Shown here one piece after another: positions 52,701 to 64,000 of a DNA stretch of 64,000 nucleotides (positions are counted from its first letter, which is position 1; each line of letters opens with the position of its first letter). Below the pieces are notes generated by a model. It saw only the letters and a list, made by a program, of their open reading frames with translations, was not told the origin of the DNA and searched no databases. Position numbers and translations under genes: made by a program. Source of the stretch: Eledone cirrhosa (Eukaryota); NCBI GenBank assembly GCA_964016885.1, contig OZ024741.1, positions 26,970,001 to 27,034,000 on the forward strand, in the 5' to 3' direction.

Positions 52701-55700
52701 GACACAGGAACACATACAGCCAACATACTGACACAGGAACACTCACAGACACATACATACTGACACAGGAACACTCACAGACACATACATACTGACACAG
52801 AACACATACAGACACATACATACTGGACACAGAACACTCACAGACACATACATACTGACCACAGGAACACTCACAGACACATACATACTGGACACGGAAG
52901 CACTCACAGACACATACATACTGACACAGGAACCTCAATACATCAGACCTACAGAACACATACAGACACATACATACTGACACAGGAAACCTCACAGACA
53001 CATACCTTGACACAGGAACACTCACAGACACATACATACTGACACAGGAACAATACAGACACATACATACTGACACAGGAACACTCACAGACACATACAT
53101 ACTGACACAGGAACACTCACAGACACATACATACTGACACAAGGGAACACTCACAGACACATACATACTGACACGGGAACACTNNNNNNNNNNNNNNNNN
53201 NNNNNNNNNNNNNNNNNNNNNNNNNNNNNNNNNNNNNNNNNNNNNNNNNNNNNNNNNNNNNNNNNNNNNNNNNNNNNNNNNNNNNNNNNNNNNNNNNNNN
53301 NNNNNNNNNNNNNNNNNNNNNNNNNNNNNNNNNNNNNNNNNNNNNNNNNNNNNNNNNNNNNNNNNNNNNNNNNNNNNNNNNNNTCACAGACACATACATA
53401 CTGACACAGGAACAGATACAGACACATACATACTGACACAGGAACACTCACAGACACATACATACTGACACAGGAACACTCACAGACACATACATACTGA
53501 CACAGGAACACTCACAGACACATACATACTGACACAGGAAACACATCACAGACACATACATACTGACACAGGAACACATACATACTGACACAGGAACACT
53601 TCACAGGACACATACATACTGACACAGGAACACTCACAGACACATACATACTGACACAGGAACACTCACAGACACATACATACTGACACAGGAACACTCA
53701 CAGACACATACATACTGACACAGGAACACATCACAGACACATACATACTGACACAGGAACACATACATACTGACACAGGAACACTCACAGACACATACAT
53801 ACTGACACAGGAACACTCAGACATACATACTGACACAGGAACACTCACAGACACATACATACTGACACAGGAACACTCACAGACACATACATACTGACAC
53901 AGGAACACATACAGACACATACATACTGACACAGGAACACATACATACTGAACACATACATACTGACACAGGAACACTCACAGACACATACATACTGACA
54001 CAGGAACACTCACAGACACATACATACTGACACAGGAACACTCACAGAGCACATACATACTGACACAGGAACACATACAGACACATACATACTGACACAG
54101 GAACACATACATACTGACACATACATACTGACACGGGAACACTCACAGACACATACATACTGACACAGGAACACTCACAGACACATACATACTGACACAG
54201 GGAACACTCACAGACACATACATACTGACACAGGAACACTCACAGACACATACATACTGACACAGGAACACATACAGACACATACATACTGACACAGGAA
54301 CACTCACAGACACATACATACTGACACAGGAACACTCACAGACACATACATACTGACACAGGAACACTCACAGACACATACATACTGACACAGGAACACT
54401 CACAGACACATACATACTGACACAGGAACACTCACAGACACATACATACTGACACAGGAACACTCACAGACACATACATACTGACACAGGAACACATCAC
54501 AGACACATACATACTGACACAGGAACACTCACAGACACATACATACTGACACAGGAACACTCACAGACACATACATACTGACACAGGAACACTCACAGAC
54601 ACATACATACTGACACAGGAACACATACAGACACATACATACTGACACAGGAACACTCACAGACACATACATACTGACACAGGAACACTCACAGACACAT
54701 ACATACTGACACAGGAACACATACAGACACATACATACTGACACAGGAACACTCACAGACACATACATACTGACACAGGAACACTCACAGACACATACAT
54801 ACTGACACAGGAACACTCACAGACACATACATACTGACACAGGAACACTCACAGACACATACATACTGACACAGGAACACTCACAGACACATACATACTG
54901 ACACAGGAACACTCACAGACACATACATACTGACACAGGAACACTCACAGACACATACATACTGACACGGGAACACTCACAGACACATACATACTGACAC
55001 AGGAACACATACATACTGACACAGGAACACTCACAGACACATACATACTGACACAGGGAACACTCACAGACACATACATACTGACACAGGAACACATACA
55101 GACACATACATACTGACACAGGAACACATACATACTGACACAGGAACACTCACAGACACATACATACTGACACAGGAACACATACATACTGACACAGGAA
55201 CACATACATACTGACACAGGAACACTCACAGACACATACATACTGACACAGGAACACTCACAGACACATACATACTGACACAGGAACACTCACAGACACA
55301 TACATACTGACACGGGAACACTCACAGACACATACATACTGACACAGGAACACATACATACTGACACAGGAACACTCACAGACACATACATACTGACACG
55401 GGAACACTCACAGACACATACATACTGACACAGGAACACATACATACTGACACAGGAACACTCACAGACACATACATACTGACACAGGAACACTCACAGA
55501 CACATACATACTGACACAGGAACACATACAGACACATACATACTGACACAGGAACACTCACAGGCACATACATACTGACACAGGAACACTCACAGACACA
55601 TACATACTGACACAGGAACACATACAGACACATACATACTGACACAGGAACACTCACAGACACATACATACTGACACAGGAACACATACAGACACATACA

Positions 55701-58700
55701 TACTGACACAGGAACACATACATACTGACACATACATACTGACACGGGAAACACTCACAGACACATACATACTGACACAGGAACACTCACAGACACATAC
55801 ATACTGACACAGGAACACTCACAGACACATACATACTGACACAGGAACACATACAGCCACATACATACTGACACAGGAACACATACATACTGACACATAC
55901 ATACTGACACGGGAACACTCACAGACACATACATACTGACACAGGAACACTCACAGACACATACATACTGACACAGGAACACTCACAGACACATACATAC
56001 TGACACAGGAACACTCACAGACACATACATACTGACACGGGAACACTCACAGACACATACATACTGACACAGGAACACTCACAGACACATACATACTGAC
56101 ACAGGAACACATACAGACACATACATACTGACACAGGAACACATACATACTGACACATACATACTGACACGGGAACACTCACAGACACATACATACTGAC
56201 ACAGGAACACTCACAGACACATACATACTGACACGGAACACTCACAGACACATACATACTGACACAGGAACACTCACAGACACATACATACTGACACAGG
56301 AACACTCACAGACACATACATACTGACACAGGAACACTCACAGACACATACATACTGACACAGGAACACTCACAGACACATACATACTGACACGGGAACA
56401 CTCACAGACACATACATACTGACACAGGAACACTCACAGACACATACATACTGACACGGGAACACTCACAGACACATACATACTGACACAGGAACACTCA
56501 CAGACACATACATACTGACACAGGAACACTCACAGACACATACATACTGACACAGGAACACTCACAGACACATACATACTGACACGGGAACACTCACAGA
56601 CACATACATACTGACACAGGAAACACATACATACTGACACAGGAACACTCACAGACACATACATACTGACACAGGAACACTCACAGACACATACATACTG
56701 ACACAGGAACACATACAGACACATACATACTGACACAGGAACACATACATACTGACACATACATACTGACACGGAACACTCACAGACACATACATACTGA
56801 CACAGGAACACATACATACTGACACAGGAACACTCACAGACACATACATACTGACACGGGAACACTCACAGACACATACATACTGACACAGGAACACATA
56901 CATACTGACACAGGAACACTCACAGACACATACATACTGACACGGAACACTCACAGACACATACATACTGACACAGGAACACATACAGCCACATACATAC
57001 TGACACAGGAACACACACATACTGACACGGGAACACTCACAGACACATACATACTGACACAGGAACACTCACAGACACATACATACTGACACAGGAACAC
57101 TCACAGACACATACATACTGACACAGGAACACATACAGACACATACATACTGACACAGGAACACTCACAGGCACATACATACTGACACAGGAACACTCAC
57201 AGACACATACATACTGACACAGGAACACATACAGACACATACATACTGACACAGGAACACTCACAGACACATACATACTGACACAGGAACACATACATAC
57301 TGACACAGGAACACTCACAGACACATACATACTGACACAGGAACACATACAGCCACATACATACTGACACAGGAACACATACAGCCACATACATACTGAC
57401 ACAGGAACACTCACAGACACATACATACTGACAGAGGAACACTCACAGACACATACATACTGACACAGGAACACATACAGACATTTACATACTGACACAG
57501 GAACACTCACAGGCACATACATACTGACACAGGAACACATACATACTGACACAGGAACACTCACAGACACATACATACTGACACAGGAACACATACAGAC
57601 ACATACATACTGACACAGGAACACTCACAGACACATACATACTGACACAGGAACACATACATACTGACACAGGAACACTCACAGACACATACATACTGAC
57701 ACAGGAACACATACAGCCACATACATACTGACACAGGAACACTCACAGACACATACATACTGACACAGGAACACTCACAGACACATACATACTGACACAG
57801 GAACACATACAATACTGACACAGGAACACTCACAGACACATACATACTGACACAGGAACACATACAGCCACATACATACTGACACAGGAACACTCACAGA
57901 CACATACATACTGACACAGGAACACTCACAGACACATACATACTGACACAGGAACACATACAGACACATACATACTGACACAGGAACACATACATACTGA
58001 CACAGGAACACTCACCGACACATACATACTGACACGGGAACACTCACAGACACATACATACTGACACAGGAACACTCACAGACACATACATACTGACACA
58101 GGAACACATACATACTGACACATACATACTGACACAGGAACACTCACAGACACATACATACTGACACAGGAACACTCACAGACACATACATACTGACACA
58201 GGAACACATACAGACACATACATACTGACACAGGAACACTCACAGACACATACATACTGACACAGGAACACTCACAGACACATACATACTGACACGGGAA
58301 CACTCACAGACACATACATACTGACAACATACATACTGACACAGGAACACTCACAGACACATACATACTGACACAGGAACACTCACAGACACATACATAC
58401 TGACACGGGAACACTCACAGACACATACATACTGACACAGGAACACATACATACTGACACAGGAACACTCACAGACACATACATACTGACACAGGAACAC
58501 TCACAGACACATACATACTGACACAGGAACACATACAGACACATACATACTGACACAGGAACACATACATACTGACACATACATAATGACACGGGAACAC
58601 TCACAGACACATACATACTGACACAGGGAACACTCACAGACACATACATACTGACACGGGAACACTCACAGACACATACATACTGACACAGGAACACTCA

Positions 58701-61700
58701 CAGACACATACATACTGACACAGGAACACTCACAGACACATACATACTGACACAGGAACACTCACAGACACATACATACTGACACAGGAACACTCACAGA
58801 CACATACATACTGACACAGGAACACTCACAGACACATACATACTGACACAGGAACACTCACAGACACATACATACTGACACGGGAACACTCACAGACACA
58901 TACATACTGACACAGGAACACTCACAGACACATACATACTGACACAGGAACACTCACAGACACATACATACTGACACAGGAACACTCACAGACACATACA
59001 TACTGACACAGGAACACTCACAGACACATACATACTGACACGGGAACACTCACAGACACATACATACTGACACAGGAACACATACAGACACATACATACT
59101 GACACAGGAACACTCACAGACACATACATACTGACACAGGAACACTCACAGACACATACATACTGACACAGGAACACTCACAGACACATACATACTGACA
59201 CAGGAACACATACAGACACATACATACTGACACAGGAACACTCACAGACAATACATACTGACACAGGAACACTCACAGACACATACATACTGACACAGGA
59301 ACACATACATACTGACACATACATACTGACACGGGAACACTCACAGACACATACATACTGACACAGGAACACTCACAGACACATACATACTGACACAATA
59401 CATACTGACACAGGAACACTCACAGACACATACATACTGACACAGGAACACATACAGACACATACATACTGACACAGGAACACACTCACAGACACATACA
59501 TACTGACACAGGAACACTCACAGACACATACATACTGACACAGGAACACATACAGACACATACATACTGACACAGGAACACATACATACTGACACATACA
59601 TACTGACACGGGAACACTCACAGACACATACATACTGACACAGGAACACTCACAGACACATACATACTGACACAGGAATACATACATACTGACACGGGAA
59701 CACTCACAGACACATACATATTGACACAGGAACACTCACAGACACATACATACTGACACAGGAACACATACAGCCACATACATACTGACACAGGAACACT
59801 CACAGACACATACATACTGACACAGGAACACTCACAGACACATACATACTGACACAGGAACACATACAGACACATACATACTGACACAGGAACACATACA
59901 TACTGACACATACATACTGACACGGGAACACTCACAGACACATACATACTGACACAGGAACACTCACAGACACATACATACTGACACAGGAACACTCACA
60001 GACACATACATACTGACACAGGAACACATACATACTGACACATACATACTGACACGGGAACACTCACAGACACATACATACTGACACAGGAACACTCACA
60101 GACACATACATACTGACACAGGAACACTCACAGACACATACATACTGACACAGGAACACATACAGACACATACATACTGACACAGGAACACTCACAGACA
60201 CATACATACTGACACAGGAACACATACAGACACATACATACTGACACAGGAACACTCACAGACACATACATACTGACACAGGAACACTCACAGACACATA
60301 CATACTGACACAGGAACACATACAGACACATACATACTGACACAGGAACACTCACAGACACATACATACTGACACAGGAACACTCACAGACACATACATA
60401 CTGACACAGGAACACTCACAGACACATACATACTGACACGGGAACACTCACAGACACATACATACTGACACAGGAACACTCACAGACACATAAATACTGA
60501 CACGGGAACACTCACAGACACATACATACTGACACAGGGAACACTCACAGACACATACATACTGACACAGGAACACTCACAGACACATACATACTGACAC
60601 AGGAACACTCACAGACACATACATACTGACACGGGAACACTCACAGACACATACATACTGACACAGGAACACATACAGACACATACATACTGACACAGGA
60701 ACACTCACAGACACATACATACTGACACAGGAACACATACATACTGACACAGGAACACTCACAGACACATACATACTGACACAGGAACACTCACAGACAC
60801 ATACATACTGACACAGGAACACATACATACTGACACATACATACTGACACAGGAACACTCACAGACACATACATACTGACACAGGAAACACATACATACT
60901 GACACAGGAACACTCACAGACACATACATACTGACACAGGAACACATACATACTGACACATACATACTGACACAGGAACACTCACAGACACATACATACT
61001 GACACAGGAACACTCACAGACACATACATACTGACACAGGAACACTCACAGACACATACATACTGACACAGGAACACTCACAGACACATACATACTGACA
61101 CAGGAACACTCACAGACACATACATACTGACACAGGAACACTCACAGACACATACATACTGACACAGGAACACTCACAGACACATACATACTGACACAGG
61201 AACACTCACAGGCACATACATACTGACACAGGAACACATACATACTGACACAGGAACACTCACAGACACATACATACTGACACAGGAACACTCACAGACA
61301 TATACATACTGACACAGGAACACATACATACTGACACATACATACTGACACAGGAACACTCACAGACACATACATACTGACACAGGAACACTCACAGACA
61401 CATACATACTGACACAGGAACACTCACAGACACATACATACTGACACAGGAACACTCACAGACACATACATACTGACACAGGAACACTCACAGACACATA
61501 CATACTGACACAGGAACACTCACAGGCACATACATACTGACACAGGAACACTCACAGACACATACATACTGACACAGGAACACTCACAGACACATACATA
61601 CTGACACAGGAACACTCACAGACACATACATACTGACACAGGAAACACATACATACTGACACAGGAACACTCACAGACACATACATACTGACACAGGAAC

Positions 61701-64000
61701 ACTCACAGACACATACATACTGACACAGGAACACATACAGACACATACATACTGACACAGGAACACTCACAGACACATACATACTGACACAGGAACACTC
61801 ACAGACACATACATACTGACACAGGAACACTCACAGACACATACATACTGACACAGGAACACTCACAGACACATACATACTGACACAGGAACACTCACAG
61901 ACACATACATACTGACACAGGAACACTCACAGACACATACATACTGACACAGGAACACTCACAGACACATACATACTGACACAGGAACACATACATACTG
62001 ACACAGGAACACTCACAGACACATACATACTGACACAGGAACACATACAGACACATACATACTGACACAGGAACACTCACAGACACATACATACTGACAC
62101 AGGAACACATACAGACACATACATACTGACACAGGAACACTCACAGACACATACATACTGACACAGGAACACTCACAGACACATACATACTGACACAGGA
62201 ACACATACATACTGACACAGGAACACTCACAGACACATACATACTGACACAGGAACACTCACAGACACATACATACTGACACAGGAACACTCACAGACAC
62301 ATACATACTGACACAGGAACACATACAGACACATACATACTGACACAGGAACACTCACAGACACATACATACTGACACAGGAACACATACAGACACATAC
62401 ATACTGACACAGGAACACTCACAGACACATACATACTGACACAGGAACACTCACAGACACATACATACTGACACAGGAACACATACATACTGACACAGGA
62501 ACACTCACAGACACATACATACTGACACAGGAACACATACAGACACATACATACTGACACAGGAACACTCACAGACACATACATACTGACACAGGAACAC
62601 ATACAGACACATACATACTGACACAGGAACACTCACAGACACATACATACTGACACAGGAACACTCACAGACACATACATACTGACACAGGAACACATAC
62701 ATACTGACACAGGAACACTCACAGACACATACATACTGACACAGGAACACTCACAGACACATACATACTGACACAGGAACACTCACAGACACATACATAC
62801 TGACACAGGAACACTCACAGACACATACATACTGACACAGGAACACTCACAGACACATACATACTGACACAGGAACACATACATACTGACACAGGAACAC
62901 TCACAGACACATACATACTGACACAGGAACACATACAGACACATTCATACTGACACAGGAACACTCACAGACACATACATACTGACACAGGAACACTCAC
63001 AGACACATACATACTGACACAGGAACACTCACAGACACATACATACTGACACAGGAACACTCACAGACACATACATACTGACACAGGAACACTCACAGAC
63101 ACATACATACTGACACAGGAACACTCACAGACACATACATACTGACACAGGAACACATACAGACACATACATACTGACACAGGAACACTCACAGACACAT
63201 ACATACTGACACAGGAACACTCACAGACACATACATACTGACACAGGAACACTCACAGTCACATACATACTGACACAGGAACACTCACAGTCACATACAT
63301 ACTGACACAGGAACACTCACAGACACATACATACTGACACAGGAACACTCACAGACACATACATACTGACACAGGAACACTCACAGACACATACATACTG
63401 ACACAGGAACACTCACAGACACATACATACTGACACAGGAACACTCACAGACACATACATACTGACACAGGAACACTCACAGACACATACATACTGACAC
63501 AGGAACACTCACACACACATACATACTGACACAGGAACACTCACAGACACATACATACTGACACAGGAACACTCACAGACACATACATACTGACACAGGA
63601 ACACTCACAGTCACATACATACTGACACAGGAACACTCACAGACACATACATACTGACACAGGAACACTCACAGACACATACATACTGACACAGGAACAC
63701 TCACAGACACATACATACTGACACAGGAACACATACAGACACATACATACTGACACAGGAACACTCACAGACACATACATACTGACACAGGAACACTCAC
63801 AGACACATACATACTGACACAGGAACACTCACAGACACATACATACTGACACAGGAACACTCACAGACACATACATACTGACACATACATACTGACACAG
63901 GAACACTCACAGACACATACATACTGACACAGGAACACTCACAGACACATACATACTGACACGGGAACACTCACAGACACATACATACTGACACAGGAAC
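40756..64000. repeat. 32-bp tandem satellite, more than 23 kb (roughly 700 units), running off the window end
   Basis: Unit acacatacatactgacacaggaacactcacag, with recurrent catac/ctcac substitution variants and 22-bp short variants. Confidence 0.98.
53184..53383. other. Assembly gap (200 N)
   Basis: Run of N. Confidence 1.

Noticed and set aside
45690-53183. Diverged satellite zone that could be a spacer-like or coded region
   Set aside because: Scattered 1-3 bp indels that increase toward the N gap look like unpolished long-read errors.
40689-63828. Many Cys/Val-rich ORFs (MFLCQYVCVCEC...)
   Set aside because: Artefacts of the 32-bp satellite.

Overview
AT-rich, repeat-dominated eukaryotic (animal) DNA; the SINE/LINE/microsatellite content looks cephalopod (Octopus-like), which is my inference. 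No intact host gene is recognisable. Bases 1-40,750 are a mosaic of decayed mobile elements: five 5'-truncated RTE-type LINE copies (their ORF carries a C4HC3 PHD-like finger after the RT domain), a Penelope-like element (RT C-terminus plus GIY-YIG), a deleted piggyBac element, piggyBac- and Tc1/pogo-like MITEs, tRNA-derived SINEs, minisatellites and microsatellites. Bases 40,756-64,000 are one 32-bp satellite array containing a 200-N gap. The most striking signal is absent from the ORF track: eight complete type I hammerhead ribozyme motifs (stem I-CTGATGA-stem II-GAAA-stem III-TH-stem I) plus several degenerate or broken ones. They belong to at least four short non-coding element families that sit in (TA)n tracts, often as asymmetric inverted duplications. 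These look like non-autonomous Penelope-type or retrozyme-like elements.
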